A DNA stretch of 64,000 bases from Nymphaea colorata (lineage: Eukaryota). Position 1 is the stretch's first letter. Each line of letters opens with the position of its first letter. The stretch lies in the NCBI RefSeq assembly GCF_008831285.2, contig NC_045138.2, forward strand, positions 41,106,001 through 41,170,000, read 5' to 3'. The position numbers and the translations under genes are program-made. Shown here one piece after another: positions 1-32,652 of this stretch. A model generated the notes under the pieces. The model worked only from the letters and a program-made list of their open reading frames with translations. It made no database searches and was not told the DNA's origin.

Positions 1-260
1 CCGACGATGTCGACGAGAAGCGCCCTGTGGGTGACTTCTCCACAGACGGACCTCCTGTAGTCGAAGTAATCCTTCATCCAGAACGCCTCCATGGTCGCGC
101 ATTGCGGCGGAGACCTGGGTGGTGACGGCGACGGGGACGGCGACGAATACCATCTCCTTGCATGAACTTTTTCCGACCCCAACACCTCCAAGAGTGTTGC
201 AGAGCAGCCACTCCTCGGTGTCACAAAGGCCCTCCTGAGAACTCTGCCGATGGTCGCCAT
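1..260 (-). CDS. HAD-superfamily hydrolase (HDHD3-like), first exon, truncated by the window edge
   Basis: Open frame from ATG at 260 to the left edge: MATIGRVLRRAFVTPRSGCSATLLEVLGSEKVHARRWYSSPSPSPSPPRSPPQCATMEAFWMKDYFDYRRSVCGEVTHRALLVDIVG. The end resembles the DYRRS..G..TH(K/R)ALLVD(A)VGT motif-I region of plant HDHD3-like HAD hydrolases (recognised from memory). The N-terminus is Arg/Ser-rich, like a transit peptide. TATAAAT at 378-384. Confidence 0.8.
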   Translation of the reverse strand, partial: MATIGRVLRRAFVTPRSGCSATLLEVLGSEKVHARRWYSSPSPSPSPPRSPPQCATMEAFWMKDYFDYRRSVCGEVTHRALLVDIV

Positions 261-377
261 CTTCGCCTTCTTCCTCCTTCGTTGTTCCCTTCCGTCATAA
301 ATGGAAGGCGACGATCGATGCCGACGTCCACAGGACACTCGCTTCCGGCCCTCTCCTAGCGCGGGTACAATGGCTCC

Positions 378-384
378 ATTTATA
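378..384 (-). promoter_or_regulatory. TATA box of the HAD hydrolase gene
   Basis: TATAAAT on the minus strand ~120 nt upstream of ATG 260; G-box CACGTG at 538-543. Confidence 0.55.
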
Positions 385-1149
385 AGAGCGTTACGCTTCA
401 AGGTAAAACACGGGGAATCGACTAATTCATCCTCAAAGATCAAGAGAATTACGGAACCACCATAGTCCTCGAATAATTGTCCTGGATCTTGGATCTCCAC
501 TGGGACCCATTCTCCGCCAACGAGGTGTCGCATTTCTCACGTGTAAGATAAATTGATATATTAAGAATGTGTTTGATGGATAAGTTGTAGCATACAACTT
601 GTCTCTACTTTGCCCCTTTTTTAGGATCAAAAATAATTTTAAGGTGTGGTTTTATCTTTTTCTGGCGTGACTTTGAGGGGGTATTTTGGCTGGGATAGAA
701 TTTATGTAACACAAATTGTTTACACCTTACTAATTGGTCTTATCTTGAGCATGATAACAAATTGATCTCATTCTAAGGTGAGACGAAATAAGGCATAATT
801 TTCAGCTAAAGGATTTACTTATGTTTGATTAGGGAGATAAATACAACTCATTAGCATGTTTAGACTTTCACAAATCACAATCGTATTTCCAAACATGAAT
901 GGGGGGCTCTAATTTTTTTAACTCAAAATTAATTGTAGGCAATGTCAGGTTCAGGTTCAGGTGACACTTATTCGGAAGAGGATTCGCTGGATAACTTATT
1001 TCGAGAAAGTTATTTCATAGAAAAAAAGTAGGAGAGGTTTTTTTTTTTAAGTAAATTGGAGATAAAAAGTCCATTAAGTTTGTTTCAAGAGATAAATTAT
1101 CCCTCCACCCATTCGTGTGCACCATGAGAGAACAAATATTTGCTCTAAA

Positions 1150-1215
1150 GGACGTAGCATAGTTGGTCGAATTGATCTGCAAGTGAAAACTCAGTCGTTA
1201 GTTTAACTTTTGTGA
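1150..1215 (+). mobile_element. possible tRNA-derived SINE head (related copy at ~3564)
   Basis: GGACGTAGCATAGTTGG here and GGATGTAGCATAGTTGG at ~3564 both contain a Pol III A-box (TAGCNNAGTTGG). The B-box is only degenerate. Confidence 0.3.
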
Positions 1216-3225
1216 GTACTAACACCGTAAAAGGTGGTAGACGCTACTTCAAGTTGAATGAAGTAATCGTAAGTTCACCCAAGTTATGAAGCAACTCTAA
1301 ACCCCAAACACAGCCAAGTAGAGAAACTTCGACGTGAGGTTCCCTCTCACTCACCTGCAGATTATAAATTTTCCTTGAAACATTTGCTTCCTCCAAAGCA
1401 CACGATTAGGGTGCAAGATTTCAAAAAGGGAACAAGATCTCCCAGATATATTTTCTTTGAAAGAATGTCTCTCCCCGTATATGTTTTCTTTGAAAGGATG
1501 TCTCTTTCATCCACGTTGTCTTCTTTGAAAGAACACAAAAGGACACATTCAAAGGACTGTTCCTCAAAAGCTTATTTACCCTAGAAAAGCGATAAGTTAT
1601 TCTGATAGCAAATGTCATCTACAGTATTTCAGGTAAAAGTTCTTGAATGACATCATATCCACGGTCATGTTCGAATTCAAAACTCATTAAAGGTATATTT
1701 TATGTCAAGATAAAGCTGGTGTTCCCTCTGACAAACAATAAAATCTCATAATTTTGCCCATCGTCAGCAACAGAGATAAAAACAGATATAAATCTCTGAA
1801 GTTTTACTGCTTTTGCATAGCGTTTATTTTACTACGATGAACTCTTCGTGTTTTCTTAAGTTCTGTCTCTTTCATAGACATTGTTTAATTGGTGTTGAAA
1901 ATTTTATTCAAAGAGCTTGACATAAGAGAACCGAGCAAAGGTTAGTAGGCGATCAGTTTTCATTTCGAGTCTAAAAGTATCAACTCTCCATGCTGTAAAA
2001 GAGAAGTTTTTATATCATATATTATGCCTTTTACACAAACTGTAGCAATCAAAATCAAGTCATTTAGTTTGTCATGACATCCGTTGGTAAGGGGAAAGTT
2101 TTTTTTTTTCTGGTGGATGCAACCTGGAAAAAAAGGTCGATGTGATCATAGTCTTCTTTCATATGACAAGCAAAACAAACATGATATTTTTATAAAGCAG
2201 CTAAACAAGTTTGTCAGCCAATTTTGTGGAGTAAAGTTTTATTAATGTTGGGTGCATAGGAAGATTATTTCATTTTGCTGCTTAATAAAACAGTGGAAAT
2301 TCCAACAATGTTCTCCAACCACCGAGGAAGTAATGTCATAACTTACCCTACTCTCACATCGGGCTTAGGCTTCTGGTCTAACTACATGCTCCCGGCCGCT
2401 TTCATTTCAATCCTAAAATGGCTAAGAACTAGAATTTTTTTAACCAGCCAATTGATTGTATTATATTATATGTCTCCAAAGATTCCTTTTAATCTTCGAT
2501 ACGTGACTAAACCCTCCTTAGGCACATGCATCCGTACGTGTCGAGCCTCAAGTCTTAGAGCTGAACCAGCCCTCATACTAAATATTACATAAGCACAAAA
2601 CACTTTTATACTTTTAAGAGGGTGTTTGCTAGGAAGAATCATATTGTACTTTGAAAACTCGTATTTCTAGAACAGATGCTTTAATAACACTATATTTTTA
2701 TTCCATGAACCCTGATGTGATTATGTCTAACGCTTGGTTCTTGTCTCTAAGAACGACATCCACAATTGCACCATATTTTCTCACATAAAGTTATCAAGAT
2801 TTGGAAGCAAATGCTTTAAGAATGCAATATTCTTTCTTATCAAGCATTCTCTTTAAGATGTTGTATTCTTATCAAGCATTCTCTTAAGATCTTGTACGAG
2901 ACATACGTTGGTCTAGGCCATTGCGAGTGAACCAGAATCCGTCCAACTAGATCTAGTACATAAGAAACCAAATTTAAATCTACTAAAATTTACCTCTATA
3001 TCAGAGATCGCCACATATAACTTTCAAAACTTTTATATACAAATACATAAATTTGCATAGATTTATTAGTGATCGAATTTCTTGTGCTCGTCGGAAGTAG
3101 ACCTGGTCCTTTGACCTAGATGGGTTCGCAGGACCAGGACCAAACACGGGCCTAGTTTTATCTTTGAGGCACTTAGTCGAGCTTGGTTTGCTGGCAAGTT
3201 CTGCTGGAGCCAGTTTGATTACCCC

Positions 3226-3367
3226 CAAGGGCAGAGGTAGAAATTTTTCATAAGGGAAGATGAATTAAAGTTTCTAAATTTTGACACGGACCGAAATATC
3301 ATTTTTCAAAAAAAAAAAAAAAAGGTGAGGCCAGGGCCCACGCAGGCCCTCCCTGGCTCCGCCCATG
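3226..3367. mobile_element. short hAT-type MITE
   Basis: Termini CAAGGGCAGAG...CTCCGCCCATG, with 8-bp flanks ATTACCCC/ATTATCTC (6/8 match). Confidence 0.55.
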
Positions 3368-3812
3368 ATTATCTCCTTGGACTCCATCAATCTGCAGCCT
3401 CAATTATCAAAGCAGGTTATAAGTTATGACCTATAAATTTCCAAAATGTCGTTTCAGATTTAATGGTTCTCGATTTTTTTTTTATTATAAAATGTCTCTA
3501 TAGTAAAATATCTTCTTATGTTAATGATATAACATGGAAAGGGTCATATTCAATTGCCTTTCAGGATGTAGCATAGTTGGACAGGCAGGTCAGGTCGTAA
3601 AGTAATGTAAGAAACTAACTTCAAATTTGTTGCTATCGTCAAAAAAACATGAGAAGGAAAAATGCTTGTATGAGAAGGAATTCAAGTCTGGTGCACCAAA
3701 ATTCATAAAATTTTAGGGCACGGCCTCCTTTGAAATCAAGGAAAAATGTTTATTTTGACAAAGTTCTACTTTACTTTCGAGTGGTCCTCTCTCTAAATTT
3801 TGCTTGTGATTA

Positions 3813-4021
3813 AGCGTATTTGGATGATACTTTTAAACGGCATCTGTGTTTTGCGAAAAAAACCCAGATTTGACAAAACAACATTTTCAAAAGGGAATGA
3901 ATAACTACTGTTTTTCAAAAACAAAAAACCTGGTTTTCAAAACTTAGTTAAAAAACCAACTTTTAACAAAACCTGATCTTTACAAATAGACATTTTTTTT
4001 AGATGCCGTCCAAATGCTACC
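3813..4021. mobile_element. Tourist/PIF-Harbinger-like MITE
   Basis: Imperfect TIRs (GCGTATTTGGATG...CGTCCAAATGC) flanked by TTA on both sides; A/T-rich interior. Confidence 0.45.
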
Positions 4022-6535
4022 TTACACTTTTCAATTATTTGAAGAAGGTTGCACCCTAGTCACTATAATCAATTGCCTATATAACTTAAGAAAATGAACA
4101 TCTCGGAAATGATATTTAATTTTTTTCTTTCGCATGAAGAAATTTAGGTGCACCCAAGAACTTGGTACACCTGATTTTGTGCGAAAGACATGAAGAAAAT
4201 CTCAAGAGTTTGATGTGAGAGGCACATCCATTGTTAGAGGTGATTCCAATTGTTTGAGAGCTAAGCATAAGTAGGTTTGGTAATCGAATCCAAAGAACCA
4301 AACGAGCTTTTCTAAGGTTGCTTAACGAATGAAACATGTTGGCTAATGCCTCAAGATCATGTCACAAGCTAAATCCAAGTGTGAGCTCAGAAAATACTTT
4401 CAAAGATATTTAATTGTTTTTAGGTTGTGTTTGATTGCTCCCGATCTAAAGTCCTTAGGATTTTGAGAACCCGGGGTTTAAGATCAGCTGTTTTATTTTT
4501 TTAATATTCAATTTTTTTCTTATTTTGTATTTACTTTTTTTCCGCCGATTGACAAGTTCTTTTTATGTGGATCTTGAATGTATGTTTTTTTCAATGTAAA
4601 ATGGATTTGAAAAGTGTGGAATCCGAAATGTATTGTTTGTTTGAAGAGAGAAACTTTTCCATGCAAATCTGGGATCCAGGCAAGCGGAAGGGAACCTCCA
4701 CTGGTCGGTTGAGAGGCCGAAGTCCCCCTTCCTTGTTCGGAACTGCATTTCTTCGGGTGTCTAGGGACTTGGGTGAACTTATTGTTACTCCTTTCAATTT
4801 GAACCAGTTATAATTTCTATCACTATTGACATTGTTGTGGTCATTGCTTTGCTCATACTTTCTCAATGTCTTCCCCATTAAGACGCCATGTTTGCAATGA
4901 TGTACACTCATTGGCTTCCATCTTGTATTCAGAAGTTTAAAAGCTTCATACATATCTAGAATGTTCTAAATATCTGTATTGAATTGAAAATTCCAGATAT
5001 TGCTGATTTAAAATTCGATCGGCAAATATATAGGCATAAGAGAGCAAGATATAGGCTGGATATTGTTTTTTCAATTTTTTAATATTTATAAATTCATAAA
5101 CAAAATATATTTTGTTGTTTATATATAATATTAATTTACATATAATTGTAACAAAAATCGTCAGATACCTTCCGAGATTACTGCCGATGCATCTTGGAAA
5201 CGAAGTGCGTCCCACAGTCGTGGAACGAGGAAGCAGGAGACGTGTGGAAGTTTTCCTATTGGGGGGACGAGGGTCAGGGGAGTGGCTTTTTCGTGGTTTT
5301 CTCGAGGAAACGGGGCATTTAGTTAGGCTCTAGTGGGGGAATTAGGGACGTTACCGTTCGTCCTCGTCAGCACGTCTGCCTTCAGATCAGAAGCCGCGCG
5401 TTTGAATAAGAAATTTGAGTTTGAGTTGCCCAACATGTTCAAATTATACATAAACAAGTACATGTTTGAAATAAATGAATTAATCGTCAGATGTTATAAA
5501 ATTCAGTTCCTGATAAGGCTGCCGATTCACCATTCAAATTAAAATATTAAAAAGTATTTTTAATGTAATTAAAAACTAATTAAACATATAAACATTTAAA
5601 ATTTAACAAATAATTAAAGATTCATACATGGTACTCTAGAATTGGCATGATCTTGAGGTTTTACGCTTTATGCTTCAAACTAGGGACAAAGTCTCTCAAC
5701 TCGAGATAATTTCTTCAAATTAAAGTGAAAACATATATTTTTGAAAGTTTGAATGGTTTTTTAGTAAATGGAAATGAATGGCAACAACAGCATCTCTACT
5801 CGTGATGGAAAGTTTTGGAAAAAAACTGACCACAAAATATAAAAAAACAGCCAATAACTGGATTTGCCGCTTGACCGAAACCTTATTTCATTTTGCAAAA
5901 CATTTGATTATTAATTTGCTTTTGACCTCATTCTGTTCTTTTAAATGTCAAGGCCTTACCCCAAATACAAATATGTGCTATATTATACACAAATAATTCA
6001 TGCTGCTAAATTTTAAAATTTTGAACATAAACGTACATGATTTTTTTTTAATTTCCCAATATATGCAGACACTTCTAGAATGAACAAACTAAATACCTTC
6101 AAAGCCCATTTGGTTGAATTTAATAGTATATAAAAAAAAAGAAACCCTAATCTTATCCTCACACAATTTCTCAGGGTCCAGGTCTTAGTTGACTTGAAAG
6201 TGAACAAGTGTCTATAAAAATAAAACCGCTGCTAATTCCATGTAGATACAGGGGCAAATTGCAAAACTTCAGCTGCAAATCCGACCCAGGCAGTGAGATA
6301 CGATTCAAGTGAGAATTTATCTGATTAAAAAAACACACACACACACAACAAGAGGGCACTTGGAAAACTATCAACATAGCATCTTTCTTGAAGTTCGAAT
6401 CAAGAAAAAAAGATATGAATTTAGTGTCATTTTCTCATTTTCTGTGTTTTAATTTGACAGATCTGGGATATTAATTAAGTTGGTATGGTTGGGCATGTTA
6501 ATGAAAGACCAAGGGAGTTGCACATACTCAAGCAG

Positions 6536-6536
<1 letters not shown>

Positions 6537-6586
<50 letters not shown>
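6537..6586. repeat. compound microsatellite (CT)n(AT)n
   Basis: Read directly. Similar compound arrays at 19775-19836, 23459-23494, 28247-28332, 35104-35158, 40124-40161 and 49146-49249. Confidence 0.95.
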
Positions 6587-6587
<1 letters not shown>

Positions 6588-9500
6588 CACATATCAGGAC
6601 ATTTCTAGATACACACTAATGCTTTGCTTTTGTTATTTGCACGTAAAGACTTAAATAACTTCACATTTATAAGAAGTATCGTGTTGGGATCTTATTAGTA
6701 AAATGATTGTGACCCTTTCCTTTCCCCAGATAGGAAGCGAAATAAATTGAATTCCTTGAAAATGCTAAACTGTGTTTGATTGCCCGATAAATTGTCCGGG
6801 ATGCTCCTGCTACACACGAAACTTTATATCCGGGCATTATTTTCTATATAAAACCAATGTTATCCAAATCGGTTTCTAAGTCAGATCATAGAGACTGAAA
6901 AAGTATTTAGAAGCCTGAATATACCAAGTTAACAGCTTACCATTACCTATCAAATAATAATAATAACAATAAGTTCTAATGAGGTGAAGAGTAATTTAGA
7001 AGAACGAGAGGAACGAAAAATAAAAAAGAAAAACTAACAAAATAGGAGAGAAAGTAGAGAAATGTATCTGAATAATAAGAATGAAGAATGTTTGTTTTCT
7101 GTAAATGTTTGCCAATAATATCCGGAGTGATCCTCGGGCAGGTTTGATGCGATAAGAATGAAGAACGAGAAGGAGGCAGAGTAGGAAGAGAAAACACTAA
7201 GCTAGAAAAAAAAAGAAATGTGACCGATCTGGTAAATTCATGTCATGAAGAAGAATGGGGAAGAGGAAATTAAATAATAAAAAAAAAAACCTATGACAGA
7301 TTTGGCGCGTTTCTAGTATCCAGAAAATTAACCGAGCGCTTTTGTGAATTTTCAGTTGGACCCGAGAGGGTCAAACCAAAACTTCCAACTTTTTTTCATG
7401 AATAACGAATCTGAAAAAACAATTTCTGGAAGTCGAACACCCAACTGAAGGATAGATGTGTGACCATGATGTTGGATTTCTCAGATGCACTTATTTTCTT
7501 TCATTTGCAAGGTCTCAAATTCTTTACTTGGAATTTGAAGTTTTGCTATTGTTACTTTACGATCTCTATGATATGCTCTTTTCAAAATATTTCAAGCTTC
7601 ACTTAACTTGATCTTGATCGCTGATGCGATGCAAGAGAAAATTCTTTTTGAGTGTTTCTTCCGCTTCATTTGAAGATTCCCCTACATCATTTTCAACTAG
7701 ATCCTAAATATCTTGTGATATGAAAAATGTCTTCATTTTAATGCTCCAAAATTCTGTGTGAAAGGTTGAAAGTAGTATTCAAATTCATATATGGTGTGTT
7801 TTTTTTTAATTTGTATGAATTTTTATTAATTTTATGAAAACAGACTTAATTTTTTTATGAAATAACAAAAAACCCATTTATTTTTCATTTCCTTCATTAC
7901 CTGCTTAGATCACAAAAGAAACTGATGGTTAAATGAAAGAAACCTAAACTTAATCACGGTTTTGTTATATAACCAAAACTTGAGCATGTATTTGTAAAGT
8001 TCATTCCATATGTTAAACTTACCAAAGAAAACCAGTATGTCTGCTCCCTGGTCAAATTATGTGCAGTAAAATTAATACGAGTTTTCTCTCTCGCACCCAT
8101 TTATTTAACAAGAGGACCTTCTAGTGGGAATATCAATGGCCACAAATTTCACACAATGCAGCCGTCAGTCACCAACAAGGCATGGCATCCACAAAATTGA
8201 TAGGTTCGATCGCTTTCTCAGTAAAAATGCAACAAAATAAAGGGCAGTTCTACACCATAAGACTTGATATGAGGCTCATAGAGCATAACGAGAGGGCCCA
8301 GTAATACCCGTTTCTTCTTTATAGATACCAACTGCCGTCCAGAACATTTTGGACCATCCCACGTTAGCTGTTGCTTTGGACCAGTACAGACATCCATGAT
8401 TGGCTCCACTAACAGTTCGGATCTAGGTTCAAATTCTTCCTCCTTTCCATTTCTCTTTTTCCCTCTGTCTACCTTCAATTTATGGTGTCATGCTCTGATG
8501 CACATGGTAGCCCCATGTCTGCAAATGTCCACAAGGGTACAAGAAGGCAGATGGAATGTAATATCATTAGTTGGTGTCTAATTTCTGTAGACATGTTTGA
8601 CTTCCAGAAAGTATATCAGAGTTTAAATTACAAAAAGCACCAACCACTTATCAACTGCCTGCATAAACCAGCCAGGCTACGACTGCATGACGAATGTAGT
8701 GGACGGCATGAAAGCAGCCTACCTCTCAATGAGAACCATTAACTCTCTGCATATGTGGGATAGCTGCCAGTAGTATCTGGAAATAAGGTCTTGCCAGCAA
8801 AAAATTTAGTGCAGAATGTCAAAGACCTTCCATTTGAATGTTACCCAGAATTCTCTTGGCATGTTCCGAGTATCTGTACGTATAACCCCAACTTGCCAAT
8901 TAAATGGGAGAAACCTGTAAGTAAGCCGGTTATTTTTGGTTCTGTGTGTTTCCGAGTCTGAAGAACCATGTTGTGCTTTTGGCTTCTGAAGCTTTAGTGG
9001 AATTGGAATCTGATTCCACCAAAAGCCTTGATCATTTTCCAGCTGCAATGCTTTGCTTTTCACATAGCAGCCATGGTGTGTATGCTGGAGAAAGAGAGAG
9101 ATGAACTGCTTTTCAAATAGCAGCCATACCGTATACGTCATGCACGCACGCTCCGTCTATCACTCTCACATACACACACACACACAGACAGAGAGATCAA
9201 ATACATGGCTGAAAATGCACATTGGTTGGAGACCAATCAATGCATGTGATCCAAATGAAGCTATCGGTTCCTCAGACAAAAAATCTGACATTAAGAAGCG
9301 GTCCCCTTTTCTCATGGATCAAAATGTGCCTGTGGCGTTCTTGTGGCCGAGATTATAACTGAAAGTCCAGCACTGATGTGGAAATAAGGAATCGTTGCCC
9401 GTTTGACAAAGCACGCGGCAACTACATAGAGAATCCAAGGCAAGTAGTGGGTCCCACCGGCCACCGCACCCGAAATGCAAACCCCAACGAGAATCCTAAA

Positions 9501-10027
9501 CGTGGAATCGGGGCTCACAATTGAGCAATCCACCGTGCCGAGAACCACATACCCCAAAACGTAAAGATAGATCCTCACCAAGATTTCTTCGAAAGAACCA
9601 TTTGCTACCACATGTCCAAAGTTCAGTAGTGTCGCCTTCATGGACAACTTCTGGAATCCGTTGAAAACGGAAAACAAGGCTTTTGATTCAGGAGATGAGA
9701 GCATCATACGCCAGGCACATAATGTCGATGCCAATTTATCTGACAACCAAGTGACCAACTAATTTTAACTAAGATTAATCTTGTTCAGCAACGAAATGAG
9801 ATCAATAGGATACTAATCTCACCATTGTCCATCTGAATCCATGTGATGTATCTTACCTTGTTTACAAGATCAAATAAAAGTGAAGAACTAAAGGCATAAA
9901 TACTTCAGAGAGCCAAAAGGCATAAACCAAATTCAAAGGCTAGCCTACGCAGATGTTCAGAAAAACCCATGCTTACAAAAGGCGTTAAGAGTTCCATAAA
10001 GGTAAAGCGTTGGTTACATTATTGCAT

Positions 10028-29309
<19,282 letters not shown>

Positions 29310-29897
29310 CTCGCCGGAGAAGGGGAAAACCCTAGAACCGGACCATCTGAAAACCAAAATGTGCGTGCGATTCCGGGAGGAGACAGTAGACACCCGTTCG
29401 CGACTCAGTTCTCGACAACAATAATCATCGTTCGACTCATAGCTGAACCTCTTTTGCACAGAAAAAACAAGCCGTCCTCAATAACTATTGAAACGCTCAC
29501 ACGTGAGGGATACGATCGCCATTTCTTGATAGATGGTGACTGTTGAAACGTTCGGCTTGCTTTTTACATCATTCCTGGCGTCACATCTTTCCGCCAAGAA
29601 AATATCTTCCCAAGAAATGGCACCTTTGTACAACACCGAAGAAACGTCCGCTGTATTCGCGTAATAAAATATGGAATTGTTTTTTGGAAACGCTACGTGT
29701 TGAAGTTTAATTTTATTTACTTTAACTCTCTTTCCAGTACCAAAATGTTTCCATTGGTGTTAAATAGAAGGTCCCTCCCCCATAAAGGCAAGAGAGGTAT
29801 GGGTGAAAATTGTATCTCTAAAAAATGGCAAAATTGTCTTCCAAATTAGAGGTGGAAACACTATTTTTTTCATTATAGGCATAACACGGGATCTCTG

Positions 29898-30297
29898 TAA
29901 GGGTGAACATGAATAGAGTCGAACCCAAGTTCAATCAACTGGAACTCGACTCGGCTGGAGCTTGACAGCAGCAACTCGAGCTCGACTCGATAGTTACATG
30001 TTGAACTCGACTCGACTAAGGCTTGACAAACTCGTTTGAATATATCAACTTGATTAAGGTTCAACAAACTCGTTTGAATATATCGATTTGATTAAGACTC
30101 GACAAACTCAATTAAGGTTCAAATTCGACTCAGGCAGTTACATGTTGAGCTCGAACTCAACTTGATTATTTGAATGAGTCGACTCATGAACTCGAGCTCG
30201 ACTCGTTAAGCAAATGGTTCGGCTCGAACTTGGTCACAAGCCGAGCTTTAACGAGTCAAGCTCGAGCTCGAGTAGCTCGACTCATTGTTCACCCCTA
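29898..30297. mobile_element. hAT-type MITE rich in (A/G)CTCGA subrepeats (partial copy at ~47260-47420)
   Basis: TIRs TAAGGGTGAACA / TGTTCACCCCTA; 8-bp flanks GATCTCTG / GATCTCCC; many internal CTCGA(G/C) motifs. Confidence 0.75.
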
Positions 30298-30768
30298 GAT
30301 CTCCCTATAGCATCCTTCCCTTCATATCATAAAAATCAATAACCATGGATCTTAGATCCGTAGGGATCTGAGATTACTAAAGATCTTAGATCCTCACATT
30401 TAAGGTCAGACCTCCTTCTATCCTACCTTGAATGCATGGTTTTTAACATATAACGTGGATTTAAAATCACATTACTGAGCAAAATGAGGTTCTAGGAAGA
30501 CACACTTTTTAATGCAATATCATATCTAAGATCATGCAATATCATATCTAAGATCTGATGCTATCAAAATACAACCTAAGGTACAATAACTTGGACATCT
30601 TAGCTAGGGACGTGCGACATTTTTCTTGTGAAAAGCTTACTACTGTTGCTTCGAATAAAAAATCTGGTTGTATTTGTTCAAGTTGTCAACTTGGAAAGGC
30701 CAGAACCGAAGCAAACACATCTAAATTAATTAGAGAGTGCCAAGATATATGGACACAAAAATTCTTTA

Positions 30769-31128
30769 GGGCCGTTTGATGCATTGGAAATATGGAGTTG
30801 GAAAGAAGTTTCCATAAACTTATTTTTAGGAAATGAAGAAATTAAAACAAAATCCAGATTTTCAAAACCTCTTTGTGTTTGTTATACTGGGTTTATGTTC
30901 CATGAAATAACTTTTTCAGTAGTTTGATAAAAATAAAAGAAGAAAACGGTAGCTTTATTTATCCTGGAATTTTTTTCCCACCCCTTGAAATGGAAAAAAA
31001 TTTCTTTTTATGAAAATCAACTCAACGTTCAATTTTTTCATCTCAAGTTTGATGGGTAAGAAAAATTTTCAAAAATTTAAATTTTATTTACATGGCTACA
31101 AGAAATATTCTGCCCAACAAATGGGCCT
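30769..31128. mobile_element. Tourist/PIF-Harbinger-like MITE
   Basis: Termini GGGCCGTTTG...CAAATGGGCCT with TTA on both flanks. Confidence 0.55.
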
Positions 31129-32652
31129 TTAATGATGAGCCAAGGTTCCTCGTTTCTTTTATTTCGGATGAGCACGAGGTTAACAACTTATTGCTTAAAG
31201 AACATCTAAAGGGACTTCCATTCCTTCCTATCTTCAAGGTCTTGAACTGAGTCAGGACTTAAGTGGGCTACAGTATACTCATCAACTAGAGTGTCGCGAT
31301 CTCATCTTTCAAGGTTCAAAAAAGAGCACCCACGAAAATCAAATAGCCGACGTGCCTTTTATGCATATTCCTGTTTGACCAGCGATGCCATACTTTTCGA
31401 TACATGAAACTCAATCTCCACTTCCAACCACATTTAAAAAGCTGTCGAAGAAAAATAAGAACTTCAGTTGGTGCCAAGTCATCATGAAGATTCTCATTAT
31501 CTTTCCTTCCCTTCACTCATTGATGCACATGGATCTTATTTCTAACATGAATAAAATTCATTGAGCAAGTGTTGCTCGTCAAAATCTGCCACAACCATGA
31601 GTGGGCACTCGAAATGTACCTTATGGGCCGTTCGGCATCCGCAGGGTCGAAGGGAGGAGGTGCACGCTTGGGCCATGGCCTCACTCCAATGAATTAAAAA
31701 AAAATACATTGAAAAAATTAAAAAAAATTTAGTTGCGTCATGTATGGTTTGGATTCAGGTTCATTTTGACCCCACATGAACTGCATAATAAATCCGAGTC
31801 CAATTAGAATCCAGATCCATTTCTTCACCTAATCTTGCTGAATGGCTCCTGTTTCATTCAATAGACACACAACTATCAAGTGAACAGTAAAAAACATACT
31901 TCATGTATACAAGGATCATTGTCAATCCTTTTATAATATATTTATCTGAATCATAGGATTAGTCTATTCTTCTCCTAAACATCTTTTTGTTTTTAAAATC
32001 CTGCTTGATACTCATTAATAGCAGGAAAAGTAGGCAAGTTGAATTAAAGGTGTTTGGCTTGGCATGCTGGGTCTGAGTTGTACTTGTGGACGCCACCAAA
32101 TAGTATGAGGGGGCAATGGTACAGAGAGGTAGGGCTTCAGCCATTATAGAAGTAGTTGAGCTTCTGAATCTTGTCTGCTACCATCTCATCAAGCACAAAA
32201 ATAGTGTTTTAAGCAGACATGCTGTAGAAGTGCAGTTAAGTCTCACAGTCAAGATGTTGTTTTCCTGTATGATAAATGAAAAAGGTTGTTAGAAGATGCA
32301 CATGGTTTCGAAATGCCGGTTTGTCGGTTGTCGCTGATGTAGTTGAAAATCGATGGATTTGATTACGATCGTAGAACTAATACACCTTGATGGTCGCCTC
32401 TACGACCTGGGAAGTTCGCCCATTAAAGCGATACGTGAGCTGGGTTCAGAACATCGTGAGACATTTCGGTCCATATCGAGTGTGGGTGTTGAGGAATTCA
32501 GAGGACCTTCGCCTACTACGAGAGAACCGGGAAGGTTTCGATCAGTTGTTGCGTCCCAAGACACACAGAAGAAGATCAGATCACAACTAACATTTGATTA
32601 GTGATACATGAAATTTCACAGCAAACACACACATGGGGCTTCATCTGTGGAT

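Noticed and set aside
1445..1535. Short tandem duplications (also 2835-2895, 12815-12940, 30512-30556)
   Set aside because: Ordinary local slippage or repair duplications with no further structure.
8100..9250. Possible miRNA precursor in moderately GC-rich intergenic DNA
   Set aside because: I found no conserved plant miRNA sequence and no convincing long hairpin by eye.
29310..29459. In-frame N-terminal extension of the beta-galactosidase shown in the ORF track
   Set aside because: It starts at a non-ATG codon and shows no recognisable homology; ATG 29309 gives the expected protein length.
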